A DNA stretch of 64,000 bases from the human T2T-CHM13v2.0 reference genome, Homo sapiens. The notes below the pieces were generated by a model. It was not told the DNA's origin, did not search any database, and saw only the letters and a list, made by a program, of their open reading frames with translations. Each line of letters starts with the position of its first letter. The first letter of the stretch is position 1. A program made the translations under genes and the position numbers. The stretch lies in assembly GCF_009914755.1 (NCBI RefSeq), contig NC_060939.1; one strand, 5' to 3'. Of this stretch, positions 40,137-56,590 are shown one piece after another.

Positions 40137-41339
40137 GGCACTATGAGATAAAACATTACACATTTCAGCTTGTGTGTACACAGAAATAAGCTGGACTACA
40201 ATTACCCTGATCCTCCTGGGGGAAGCAGCTGGATAGGAAAGAAAACACAGAAGACTAGAACCTGGGCTTCTATCCAAGCTTTGCTGCCTTGAGCATGTCA
40301 CCTGAGTTCTCAGGGGCTCATCTCCTTTATCTGTAAAATGAGGAACTTTAGAAGATAATCTCTACATTAAATTCTAACTCTAAAATTGCTTTTTATGAAC
40401 AACTACACTAAAAATAAAAATAAATTTTAAAATAAACTTTTCTACTCACTTTAGAGTGTAGCCTGGGTAGAGTTATGAAAACAAAATAATAGCAAAAAGA
40501 GAACTTTTATTTATTTAGCTCCTTCACAATATCAATCCCGAACTCTTATAAAATAACTAAAAATTCTCTGGCCTCAAAATATAAGTAAGAGCAAATGAAA
40601 TACATTAAGCCCTCAAATTAATTTAATTTGCTTCTGGGTGCAATACAGATTGGAAACTTCAACACGACCCATCTTTCTCATCTTTTGATTCCCAGCAGAG
40701 TCTTGCCCACAGTCAAAGCTCAGTCAATGACTATCATGAGAATTGAATGATTAGAGTGCTTAAACCATTTTTTAAGGCACTATATTGATATAATTTATTT
40801 ACAAATACTGAACTGAACTAAACTAGGGCTCCATCACAAACATCCCTAACTGCCCTCAATAGTTAAGGAATCATCTAACCCACAGCCTTTTTCCAGATTG
40901 CTCTCAAAAATTCTGAGCTAATAAGCACCATAACTGAACCACTCACTGTGCAGGCACTGTCAAGTAACCATCTGTTCAAGTATTCACCTCAAAGTATTCA
41001 TCTTTCGTGCCAGCTCTAATTTCCCAGTATTCCATAAACAAGTTATTATTCATACTATTCCTATCCTTCATAAAACTCAACATAGTGCATCTCAGTCCTC
41101 ATTTTTCCAGGCCAGAACCCAATCTCTTTTCACTCTGTATATGAAAGCCCCTCTCTTCCCACCTTCATTTTAGTAGCTCTTTTATGAATCTTCTTTCTCG
41201 TTTCAGCCAATACACACACATTTCATAGTAAAAGAGTAAATCTATTGGATTTTTCATCAGGAAAAGAATAGAATACACATGCAGTTTTAGTTCTGCTGCA
41301 TCTTGCATCTGGTTGGCACACTAGGTTATGTCTTACAGA

Positions 41340-41600
41340 ATAATAATAAATAGGTAGCATTCACTAAGCAGACTAGACTCTGCTCTAGGCATAATACATG
41401 TATTGATTCCTTTAATTTTGCAATAAACCTATTAGGTAGAAACTATTGTTATTTCCACTTTGCAGATGAAGAAACTGAAGCACTAAGAAATGAAGTAACC
41501 TCTCCAAGGTCATATAGCTTCTAAACCGTGGACTTGAAATTTGAATCCAGGTAGTCTGGGTCCAGAACCTAAGTGTCTAGCCACATGGCTACACTGCCAC
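41340..41600 (-). mobile_element. MIR SINE
   Basis: ccactttgcagatgaagaaactgaagcac..aagtaacc..tccaaggtca..atttgaatccagg. Confidence 0.75.
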
Positions 41601-44600
41601 TCGCTGTAAATGAGTTCTCCCTCTACCACCCTCCAAGTGTCCTTTTCCCAACTGCTGCTCATTTTTCTGTCCATTCTATCAGATACAGAAACTCTCCCCG
41701 CAGAACAGTTTACTTAACTTGGGACTTTATTGCCCAGATTGGCTTTTGTGTGTACGTTTTATGCAAATGTACACAGTGTATGTTTTATGCAAACATATAT
41801 AGTGCCCTCTCTTTTAGCTCATTAAAAAAAAAAACCCAGCCACAGCTCCATTCCCAGGATACCCACTGTTTACACATCTCCACCCAGATAAATGCCAGTT
41901 TGATGTAGAAGCTAAATTTGATGAGGAATGCAACTTGTAATTGCTGGAGATGGAACACAGACTGTGGATTACCTCACTCTCATCCCTGCCCCACCTCCTA
42001 TGCTATATATCCGGAGTTTCTCCAGCCATAAAAATCTCCAGTTAATTGGGCAATGGATTTCTTGACAAGGCAATCAAGATTATGTCCCTGGTGCAGATAA
42101 TCAGAAAGTCTACCCATTATAAACCAGCAGAAGCAATCTTGTCCTTTGATGTAAGCTTACTTCGGGTGTTTTTTATTTCCCCCAAACAGCACTCCTAAAG
42201 ACCCACCCTATGAAACCAATACCATTATCACAAGTGAGAAAAGGGTGGAAAGCTAGAATGTTCTAAATGATTAACAAGGAGAATATGGATGTACACAGAT
42301 TTTAATGACACCTAGTTCTACTTCCAAATAAGCAACTAAAAAACATTCCACCGTTTGCTTAATGACGAAGATATAAGTTTATAGCTCTCTATTGCAACCA
42401 CTACTGGCAACACCTCCGTAGTAGTCTATTTTAGTCAAGGTTTTTTGGCTATAAGGAACAGAAACCCTTATGTCAAAAAAAGAGGTGGTAGGGTTGAGGT
42501 TTGCTGTAAGATCAAAGAAGTCATTTCATGGACAACGACAAGCAGGAAATAAGAGTATAGACTGGCCTTTCAGAGTCTAGAGCTGAGAAACCACCAGGCA
42601 CCAGTCATGTGCCCCATCTGTCTTTCTGGGTCCATGTCATCTCTTCACTCACTGCCTGCCTGATGCATCCTCTTCTCTGCAAACCAGCTTTCTCTGCTTA
42701 TTGATGGTTTCTGCTTTCTCACAACCTCAGCTTGCCTATGTAGCATGAACTGACTCTGTAAGAGTATCACACCCACCAACAACTGACTATGTCCTTTAGC
42801 TCTCTATATTCTTTTGCTTAAATTTTCAAGCAAGATAACCTGGTTGGTCACTGGCCAGGTTGATGGACTGCCTGTGTCAGGTTCAAGTGTCCACCACTGG
42901 TCCAAACATCTGAACTGAGGGTCACATGGTAGAAACACAACCATCCAAGCCCAAGGTTTTGGCAGGGCTGTGGGTAAGGTGATTTCCCAAACAAGAAGGT
43001 ATCAACAGAACAGGGATTCAAAAATATCATATTTTTGAACTATAATTACTATGAAGTACGTAACCATCAGAAGGAACCTGCCACTTAATTTAGTTCTATA
43101 GTCAACTACAAGATTAATGATGGAAGTGTTTCCAAACTTCACTGATCTCATTAAATCTGGGTACTCACTGAAGAGTTATTTGAGATATAAATGTAGAACT
43201 AGTTGTCAGAAAATACCTACCTGTGCATAGAAAAATAAAGGCACTCCAGTTAGGCTACAGAACAGCACTATCGAGTCTGAATGCTCACAATAGGCTCACA
43301 TCACTTGCTATAGCTCTTTTGGATTAAACACATCTAAAAATCAAGGGGGAAAAATAATTGGTGTTCATTTTAATGTCTGTATCAATGGCGCTAAGGATTC
43401 ATAGGAGAAAAGGGCTTGTTCTTCCTTCCTCTCCTAGCTCCTTCCCTCCCTTTTCCATTCTCCCACCTTCCTCTCTTACACTGAGGCTACCCCAATCATA
43501 TAAAGGCAAGTCCGGCAGGTAGACTGCTCTTAAGAAGCCAAACCAAGGACAAAGGGTCCTGGGGGCCAGGGACAATCTGGCATATTTTTCACCAGAATAG
43601 TCAGAGGCTGTCTGGCCAGAAGAGAATCTGAACTCTAGTCAAAAAGGAAGCAAATATCATTGCCAGAGAAACTATGTAAACCACCATCAAGAGTGAGGGT
43701 TGAGGCAAGGCTGTAAACAGGAAAGTGAGTCAGCTCCCAGGTCAGCAGCCAGGAGGCTCAGTGGACAGAATAATACTGAGTGTGAAGTAGGTCACGGCAA
43801 ACAGCTCTGAAGCGAGGTCATGAACGTTGTGGTGGTGTGGGAAGCCCTTTTTATGTGGGGCCTGGCATGGCAAAGTCACCGTGCAGAATCAGACCCCACC
43901 CATGCCTAGGCTACCCATCTTCCCCAAACAGCCGGGTGAGGCAGGGCTTGCCTTATGGGTTTGCCTGGTGAGAGGCTGCTGTGGCCCTGGGCATTCTGTG
44001 ATGGCTCGTCTCCCGTGGCCCAGGTGCCCGGGCTGGCTCCATGGCTTCAAGGATCCAAGCTTTCTGTTTCTATGTACCAGAATGAGAGAGGTGGGCTGCC
44101 AGCGGGACCCCAGTGTGTAAGTTAGGGATGAGCATGGATCGAGGGAGCTAGAAGCAGGAGGTAGGATTCTCAAGTCCTACTATTTGAAAAAGGGCTAGAA
44201 ACATGGCTTGCCGGGGACATAAGCAGAAAAGTGTGGAGGTGCTCGGCAGGAGAGCCAGACTGTGCTTTCTAACAGGGTGACTTTGCTTTCTAACAGGGTG
44301 ACTGGTGAAAATGGACTCTTATGTTTTCATTTTGTGGGACAATTACCATTTGAGGATTGCCAACAGTAGCTGTTTTCTAGCAGTAGAGACAGCAAGTCCA
44401 CTTGGATCAGATGCCCTTTGTTCTGAGCAAGTCGCCGGAATGGCCCTGTTATCACATGTCTATCACTTCCTTTCCCGAAACAAGTCTGGGGCCCAGCTCT
44501 ACAGCTGGAGGGGGCCTGGCACCTCTGCCCCAAACTCCCAGCTAAAAAAGCCTGGCCAGGAGATGAGGTGCACAGATTTGCATAAAGAGCCTAAAAAGGG

Positions 44601-45291
44601 GCCCCTGATTGAGTAGTTCTCATGCTCCGAGGGAACTGGAACCTACTCCACCCCCTACTCCGGGAAGTAGATCCAGTTTGTTACTTTAGAGCAGCTAGCT
44701 CCCACTGCTTGGCAAGACTGTTTATTGGCTATTATTAGTTATGAGTATCATTTGCATGGGTGAAGGCCTTCTGTACTCTCAGTTTGATGATGCCTATTTT
44801 TACTGTGTAGAGATAAGTTGGGTCAAGGAAGGTTGTGATGGGGTCAGTAGTCAAGGAGGCCATTAGCTATTTAAATACCTTAACCTCCAATGGATCCAGA
44901 TTAAACCTCACCCTCTTGCAGGAAATCAGCTGATAGATGAGTCACATTGGAGAAATCTGGTATAAATGAAACCTAAAGAACTTATGTATGCCCACAGCAG
45001 TCTCTAGAACTTTAAATACTTTGCTTGATATCATCTAAACTTCACAATTGAAGAGAAGGTATCCTCAGAACTCTGTCTCTGGGATCTTCAACATGTGTCT
45101 TCTGTGTTGAGCTGGCCTGAAGATGGAGGTGCTGTGTCTGTAAAGGATCTTCCCAAACAGGGGTTCATTTAAGGCCAGGTCAGGGGAGTGTATCCAAAAC
45201 CCTCCACCTTGTACTGGTGCTGAAAGAAGGTGGAGATGTGGCATGGCCTGGAAGGTAGTACCTGGCCTTGCACAGTCTGCCCGTAGGTCAG

Positions 45292-45639
45292 CGATATGGT
45301 TTGGCTCTGTGTCCCCACCCAAATCTTATCTCAAATTGTAATCCTCATGTGCTGAGGGAGGGATCTAGTGGGAGGTGATTGGAACACAGGGGTGGTTTCC
45401 CCCATGCTGTTCTTGTGATAGTGAGAAAGTTCTCACAAGATCTGATGGTTTTAAAAGTGACAGTTTCCCCCGTGTGCTCTCTCTCTTGCCTGCTGCCATG
45501 TAAGATGTGCCTCTGCCTTCCGCCATGATCCTAAGTTTCCTAAGGCCTCCCCAGCCATTCGGAACTGGGAGTCAATTAAACCTCTTTTCTTTATAAATTA
45601 CGTAGTATTTTTACAGCAGTGTGAAAATGGATGAATACA
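45292..45639 (+). mobile_element. THE1-type MaLR solo LTR
   Basis: (t>c)gatatggtttggctctgtgtccccacccaaatc...gtgtgaaaatggatgaataca; 5-bp TSD GTCAG/GTTAG. Confidence 0.92.
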
Positions 45640-46129
45640 GTTAGACAAGGCTTCAGGTACCAGGACTTCTGCTTTCCAGAGACATGAGCCCTTAATACTT
45701 GATCAGTGCCACGATCACCAGCAGCTCCTCTGCCTCTTATTGTGAGAAGCATCTCACTAGTGTAGCACTATCTGGACCCTTCCCCCCTCACCCCAATCAC
45801 AGAGAACACTCAGCTAGGCCCCACCCATATAAGAGAGACCCCTCAAAAAGATGCTCAACCCTGGGAACTGGAAAAGAAAACTGAGTATTTCCTTACATGC
45901 CCAAGAAGTTTCCCAGCAGCATACACAAGTCAAACGGCCAGGCTGCACTGACATTACACTGCTCAACGTGACTGGATTCAGATTACCCATCATCCAGACC
46001 TGTGCACTTGCCTGCTGCCGGGCTGAGCACTTGCCTGCTGCCAGGCTGAGCAGATCTAACATGGCCTGTGCTGCTCTCACAGGTGTAGACCTGGATGTCA
46101 CTTCTGATGCCACTGCCATGGCCCCTCAA

Positions 46130-46686
46130 GTCACCCATGGGTACAGCAAGCCCCTCTTGGCTCCTTCCCAGGATTTCTTGTCTATTGCTGATGAGGTGTG
46201 AGTTGCTAATAAGGTGTGGGATGATCAGCTGGCCACTTCTAGGCTTGTACAAACCAGAAGTGCAAGAGAATTCATGCCCCTTGGGGCAGACTTTGACCAA
46301 GGGGAGAGGGAAGGCAGTGAAGGAGTTACTTTCCCCCAGAAAGACTCCCTGAAGTGCAGTCACCCACATGGCAGCTCTCTGCATATGTCCCACAAGTCAC
46401 CCACATGGTATCTCTCTGCATATGTCCCACAAGTCACCCACATGGCATCTCTCTGCATGTGTCCCACAAGTCACCCACATGGCATCTCTCTGCATATGTC
46501 CCACAAGATCAATCAGCTGTACTTGCTAGCAAGCAGTAGTCAGGTCAATGATACAGCTCTTATATTTACTCTCTTTCTTTGCTTCACTTCTCTTGTTCCC
46601 CACTTCTGTTTCTCTGGTGATGCTTTCACTAATGAAGCAGCAGCAATATACTTTTGCCTCAGGCCCCACTGCTCCACACTAAGACA
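46130..46686 (+). mobile_element. LTR16-like (ERVL) LTR containing a minisatellite
   Basis: ggggcagactttgaccaa...cttttgcctcagg...ctaagaca 3' terminus; 5' boundary approximate. Confidence 0.6.
46358..46507 (+). repeat. 37-bp minisatellite, 4 copies
   Basis: AGTCACCCACATGGCATCTCTCTGCATATGTCCCACA at 46358, 46395, 46432 and 46469, each within 1 mismatch of consensus. Confidence 0.97.
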
Positions 46687-49600
46687 CAATAAGCAACAGC
46701 TTCCAAGTCAGGGCTGGGCAGGGCTCTGAAGGGCAACTCGAACCAAACCAAACAGCGTGGGCCTGGAAGCACAGGGTTAGCAGCTCCAACCAGCCTCTGC
46801 AGACTGTCAACAAGGCTCACATGCTGGCACTGGCTGGGTGCAGGTACTGCAGGGTTATGGCCAACACTGTCAACGCCATAGGAGATAGGAGGCAAAGTGA
46901 TGCTTCAGGATCCTTGGGGCTCATGGATTAATAGGTGGTTTCTACTGGCATATCTGGGACGAGAGCAGCAGAGTACTGTCCAAGAAGGCAAGAGTCAAAG
47001 GAGAAAATCCTTTGGAGGCCTAGGATTTACCTAGGGCAGCCAGAGGCAGCACCACTAGAGGGAGAATATGAATTGGAGCCAGGGAGAGAAAGCCAAGGTC
47101 ACAGCTTAGGTTGGAGTGTCGAGATAAACAGAAAGAATGACAAGCATGAGGTATAAAAGAGGTCACGGCATGTTGTTCAGTGCCAATGCATGTCCACTGC
47201 GAAGACGTAGGAGGCCTGCTTTCATTCTGGATGGGCAGAGTGTAAGACCAGGCCAGGGGGCTAAAAGGAGTGAGGCAGGAGAAGACCCTAAAAGCCACTG
47301 AGGAATCAAAATGAGGTGCGAGGTGAGCCATGCACATGTGTGACATTCCTTCACATCTTAGACGCATCTCCAGCACCCTATCTTTAAGTTATTTCCTCGT
47401 GGCATTTTATACTCCATTTGGGAAAGCCTCTCAAGTTAAGTGTTCCTTCAGCTTGCAAACTCTCTCTCTGAAAGCAATAGAAAGCCCCAGAGGGAGAGGA
47501 AATACCCTTACCAACAGCAGAAGTTAGCAGGGGGAGGCTGACATTTCTAACTTTAGATTCCGGCTCTCTCATTCCCCAGCTGTTTGGTATTGGGCAAATC
47601 ACTTAACCTTTCAAAGTCTCAGATTTCTAGTCAGTAGAGTAAAAATACTAACAACTAGCTGACTCCAAACAACTAGTTGGGAGGAATACTAACAAGCAAC
47701 AATTTGCAATAGCATGAAATACCTGCGTGAAGCTGCGAGGACCATGCCTGATGCAGACGAGGCAGGAGCTCAATCAATGCTGGAACATCAATAGCAAATC
47801 TCAGCTTCCGTCTGGAAGCTGGCAGCAGCAGCAGCAGCCAGATGGCCTCTCTTGGAAGCTGTACACTGAAGCCTGTACTTTCCAAGTTCAACTGGCCCCT
47901 ACTTTTGAAGATCTCTCTTGGATACCAGGAATGGAGCTTTATGGACGATCTCACAACTAGCAATTCACAATGAGTAAGCTGTCATGTGTACTCTTGTAGA
48001 TTCCTGGCGCTGGGGAGGGGGTGCTACAGAGGCCATGAGATGCTGGGAGAGGGCACCCAAGAGGTAAAGATTGGCATGTGATTCTCTATCATCTATCATC
48101 GCCCTCGGAAGGTTTACACTTCAAGGCTGACACTATTAAGTCTTCAGCATCAGAAAGTACTGTATGCAGTAACCACAAAGTAACCAGAAAGGGGCTGGCT
48201 TCTAGATACTTTTACATTTGGTTAAAATAATCCCAGTCAGGGCACCAGGTGAGTCTCTTCAAGCGCAGGGCTGAAGCTAAGCCAGGTTCATCCCATGTTC
48301 CACGCACAGGGGCACGTGCCCCATTAGTCAGTTTTTCTCTTACTCCTCAGGCTGCCCCTCAGCCCTCTCTGCCTGCGCACACCCTCCTCAGGAAGCAAAC
48401 TCTATTTCAAATGTTTACTCATTTCCTGTTGCCCTCACATCAAATCCTGAGGTGTGCTTCCTCACTACTGTCCCTGAGTCTAAGCAATCTAGGTCAATGT
48501 ACAACTCTCTCAAGGAACAAACTCACATTTTATAGGAGCCTCGTTGAATCAGAATGACTTAACCTGAAGAGGTGATTCTAAGAATAGAATCCAAGCCCCA
48601 TAGCTGGATGATAGAAAGATATTTGAAAGATATCACTTTGAGCACCCTCAAATCAGGCCACACTGGGCAAAGTTAGGCCTAGTCTGGTTCGACAAATGGT
48701 CAGTCCTGACAAATTTCATCAGATCTGATTTTCCTCTTGGGTATAAATCTAGTGCCATACAGTTAACTCCACATTTAACTTGTTAATCACAGAGAGCTTT
48801 TTCTGGTCACAAATGGGTGACTTGTAGCATTTCCCAGGGTTGAGCAAGTGCTCCTGAAGCTCTGCCCTGTCTAGACACGTATCTGAAATATCTAATTACC
48901 CCTGTACATTCTGTAGAGCACACAAAGCCCAACGTCATTACATAAACATGAAGCTCCATATTAATATATTTGCTCAGTGAACTGTCCTTTTACATTTGCC
49001 AATCTGAACGTGAAATCATGCTACTGCTGAGAATAAGGATACTATATTGTGAATAAGAAGTTCCAAGTTGTGCTATGATCCAAATTATGAAAGTTAAATT
49101 ATCTAGAGAGCAAACCAAAAAAGCTGTGTAGTGAACTGAATCCAAATTCAGAAGAATCTAAATAGCTTGATGCATACCCTCTCTTAAATGACACATTTAA
49201 ATAGTTTCCCTTTCACACAGAGCAAGAAACTTTAAGAAAGAGATGAATCCGTCCACCTCCCTCCCTGTCAGCGGGTCCCTTATTAGGTGGGTATCCAGAC
49301 CAGCCCAGGTCATTAGTCAGTTGCACTGGGGGTGGGGCATGGAGGGAACAGGGCTGATAGCCCTGGACCATCTACTATGCACCACATACAGTATTTATTC
49401 CATTTACCTCTTCCAACTACCTAGTGGGGAAAATTGGAAAATCATTCTCCACATTGAACAGATAAGGAAACTAAGCCTCAGAGAAATTGAATGGTCCAGG
49501 GCCCAGAACTAATAAAAAAAATGAAGCCAGACTATAAAGTTAGGGCCTTTTCACACTAATTGTCTTCAGACAGATGCTTACAAGAGTTAGTTAAACTCCT

Positions 49601-50982
49601 TTTTCGAGGGGGAGCACCTGGCAGCAGCATGGTACCATAACATGCCCCCTCCACACTCTATCCGGCATCTGAAAATGTGATACCACAGAGCAGCCTAGTA
49701 AGGGGAGCCCCTCTCAACTCATAAATCTGAGGCAAGTGTATAAACAAGAATCCCTCACCAGTGGGTGGCGGCTGCCCTCTGTGTCTCCCAAACCTGGGGC
49801 ATCAGGCTGTGCCATCCCAGTACCCTCTGCATCTACTTTCCCTGCTGGATGTAAGCTCCTCGGGCTGGCACCAGGTCCTCCTCATCTCTGTGTTCCCATA
49901 CCTAGCACAGAGCCTTGGTATAAGATGCACACATGGCAAAGCTTTGTTGACTACATGATGCTTTCTTTGGGTGCTCCTCCACCCTCTGCAGTGACATCGC
50001 ACCCCTAAAAACTCAGTGCTCTTAGTCTGTCCCCTTACTGACCAGTGGTCCTAGGCCATGGCCCATCCTAGGCCCAACTCCTCTTCTCTCCCCGATGTCT
50101 TGTTCCTTCCAGAGCGCGCACTCCCCACATGACTTTGTATGACAATGGTTTAAGCAATTAATGAACCTTTGTTTATGATTTGGGCACAGCAGATAGCAAT
50201 GCTTTAACTCCTGGAGAGCTCCCCAATGTGAGAAACCTCAGATCCCAGCAAGGGCAGACAGACAGACAAACTGGTTGAAAGGAAGGGTGCTGAAAGTATT
50301 CTCCATATCACCCTGTATAGGCAATGACTCACCCCACCTACAGGCAGAGGCGAAGTAACGAAGACACCTCTTCCCAGACTTCATGTCCACTCACCATGGA
50401 AAAAATGCTTCAGATTTGCAAAAATGCCCAAGCGTAATAAAAAGCCTGCATTCTGGGCCTACTGCTGTGATATTCACTACAAGTCTGACATAGAGGTTTA
50501 ATTTGGTCTGCTGTGAAAATAGAACTGAATAATAATCACAGTCTTTGATTGTGGTTAGGTTTAATTATAGAAACCTATTCAAGTACATATATATTAATAG
50601 AAAGCCTCACAAACATGGCAGAAAACCATTTCTGTTCATAAGTATTTACAGGGAAAGCTCTCCTTATTTACTTTATTTAAATAAATATTTCAAATCAGCA
50701 AACCAAAAAAGAGCCCCCATCTTTCATGTGAACATTTTCTAATCATGTCATGTTAATATTTTCTCCTTTGATTTCCAATGAGCTAGCACAAGCTCTGGCC
50801 TCTGCACTAGATGGTGGTGCTGAGTCACTTATTTAGAATGGAATTATGGATTATATAAAGACTGACGAGTACAATAGATGTTCAATGTGGTGGTTGTCGG
50901 AAACATCACCTAATTAAATATGCTAAAATATTTTGGCTGAAAATTTGTTTTAAATCTTCAAATTTTTATACCTTCTGATTTT

Positions 50983-51284
50983 CTTTGTTGTTGTTGTTGT
51001 TGAGACAGGGTCCGACTCTGTCACCCAGGCTGGAGTGCAGTGGCTCAATCTTGGCTCACTACAATCTCCACCTGCTGGGCTCAAGTTATTCTCCCACCTA
51101 GCCTCCCAAGTAGCTGGGACTACAGATACGCACCACCATGCCCGGCTAATTTTTTAATTTTTTTGTAGAGATGAGGTTTTGCCATGTTGCCCAAGCTGGT
51201 CTTGAACTCCTGAGCTCAAGCAATCCTCCCACCTCAGCCTCTCCAAAGTGCTGGGATTACAGGCGTGAGCCACTGCGCCCGGCA
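50983..51284 (-). mobile_element. AluJ-like
   Basis: TSD CTTCTGATTTT at 50972-50982 and 51286-51296; J-type positions (gggctcaag, gagctcaagcaatcctccc). Confidence 0.93.
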
Positions 51285-51318
51285 ACTTCTGATTTTGTAA
51301 TATAGAAATAACTGTCTT

Positions 51319-51610
51319 GGCCAGGCATGGTGGCTCAAGCCTGTGATCCCAGCACTTTGGGAGGCCGAGGAGGGTGGATCACGAGGTCAGGAGATCGAGA
51401 CCATCCTGGTCAACATGGTGCAACTCTGTGTCTACTAAAAATACAAAACTTAGCTGGGCATGGTGACGTGTGCCTGTAATCCCAGCTACTCAGGAGTCTG
51501 AGGCAGGAGAATCGCTTGAACCAGGGAGTCAGAGGTTGCAGTGAGCCGAGATCGGCCACTGCACTCCAACCTGGTGACAGAGTGAGACTCTGTCTCAAAA
51601 AAAAATAAAT
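51319..51610 (+). mobile_element. AluS (Sc-like)
   Basis: TSD AAATAACTGTCTT at 51306-51318 and 51611-51623. Confidence 0.95.
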
Positions 51611-51896
51611 AAATAACTGTCTTTGGAAGTCAGACAAAATAATGAGCAGCCTTTATTTCCTTTTAATCTAATTTCAAATTAATGTTTTAACTTCAAGTAG
51701 GCAGGGCAAAAACACAATTTCTCTCAAATCGGGTAATAAGAATTAATTGAAGGGTGATAGGTCGAAATACAAGGAGCATAAAAATGAAAACACAGAGATA
51801 TGGACTCAGAATTGTACTTCCCTTTGCTAGACATAAATTTCACTCCTATAATTATCATTTTTAATGTCCAAAATCTTCCCCACATAGGCTATACTT

Positions 51897-52193
51897 CTTT
51901 TTTTTTTTTTTTTTTTTGAGATGGAATCTTGCTATCGCCAGGCTGGAGTGCAGTGGTGCGATCTCGGCTCACTACAACCTCCCCCTCCCGGGTTCAACCA
52001 TTCTCCTACCTCAGCATCCCAAGTAGCTGGGACTATAGGCACGCACCATTGCGTCCAGCTAATTTTTGTATTTTTAGTAGAGACGGGGTTTCACCATGTT
52101 GGCCAGGATGGTCTCGATCTCCTCACCTCGCAATCTGCCTGCCTCTGCCTCCCAAAGTGCTGGGATTACAGGTGTGAGCCACTGCACTCGGCC
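51897..52193 (-). mobile_element. AluS (Sc-like)
   Basis: TSD GGCTATACTT at 51887-51896 and 52195-52204. Confidence 0.95.
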
Positions 52194-52789
52194 TGGCTAT
52201 ACTTTTTAAATGTCCAAACAATTAATTAACTTAATCTAGTTTTTTTTATTCGTAAAATGCATTTCTTAACTGAATTCAACAGTTAATTAAGCCAGGTGAC
52301 TTCTTCATGACTGACCCGTTAAAATCAATTTTGCATTTATAAATTACCATGAACCTATTAATGCACAGTATAATTACTGTATTATAACTAACTTCTACAC
52401 TAAAACTTGCAATATGGACTGTGAAGCCAGTGGAGAGGAAAATCTTTAGACGTAGTTAATTGAATAAATATATAAATTTGAAGATTCATTAGGGATTTAA
52501 ACATTCCGTTTCAAAACTGAAGCCATCACATACTATTATTCTAATTTATTTCAACCTATAGTTCATATTTAAGTGCTAAATATTAAAATGTTGTAATAGA
52601 CGCTGATTATATCATCTTCATGTAAAATGAAACACCAGACTTTGCTGTCATACACACTGGACAATAGGTGAAAAAACTCCAACAGCAGAGTAAACCAACA
52701 ACATTCCTAAACGATCTAAAGATTCTCACAGCCTCCAAATTTGCAGATACAGAAACTTACATATAGGCCCTCAGTTCTTCCACAAGCTC

Positions 52790-53320
52790 CACCACCCATC
52801 TACCAGCACCTGTACCCAGTGCCCCACCATCCCTCATGTCACTAAACGGACTCCCTGTGCTCCTCTTGATGGCTGTCCCCTCTACCTGCACACAAGAGAC
52901 CACCTTGTCTTGCCTACTCAAGGTCATCGCTTTGGCAATCTCCCCACTCTCTTTTGCGTCACTGCTTTCCCCCTCTCTACTGGATTTTTCCCATGAGTAT
53001 ACAAAAAGCTGCTATTCTCCAATATTAAGGAAAAGCCCTCTTTTGATCCCGTTCCTCTCTCTGCCCACCACTGCATTTCTCTTACTTTCTTTACAATAAA
53101 ATTTCTTAAAATAATTGGTCTTACTATCACCAAATCCCTCTCCTTCTATTGTCTCTTAAACTCAACCCAAACAGGGTTTAGTCCACCACTCCGTTAAAAC
53201 TGCTCTTGTCTATCACACCAATGCCCTGCACATTTCTACAGCAGCTGTTCATTCTCAGTCTCCATCTTACTGGACCTCTCAGCACTGTATAACACAGCTG
53301 AACACTCTTCATCTGGCAAC
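52790..53320 (+). mobile_element. L2 ORF2 remnant
   Basis: ccactccgttaaaactgctcttgtc..ttctcagtctccatcttactggacctctcagcac. Confidence 0.65.
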
Positions 53321-53349
53321 ACCTGGATAGAGCATATTATACATTTCAT

Positions 53350-56590
<3,241 letters not shown>

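Noticed and set aside
46358-46507. 37-bp repeats as a possible CRISPR array
   Set aside because: Repeats are contiguous with no spacers, there are no cas genes, and the context is human
46214-46729. 171-aa ORF with repeated SHPHG/LHMSHK motifs
   Set aside because: Produced by translating the stop-free 37-bp minisatellite and LTR; not a gene
47822-47840. (CAG)5 / QQQQQ in a small ORF
   Set aside because: Too short to matter, intronic, no coding evidence
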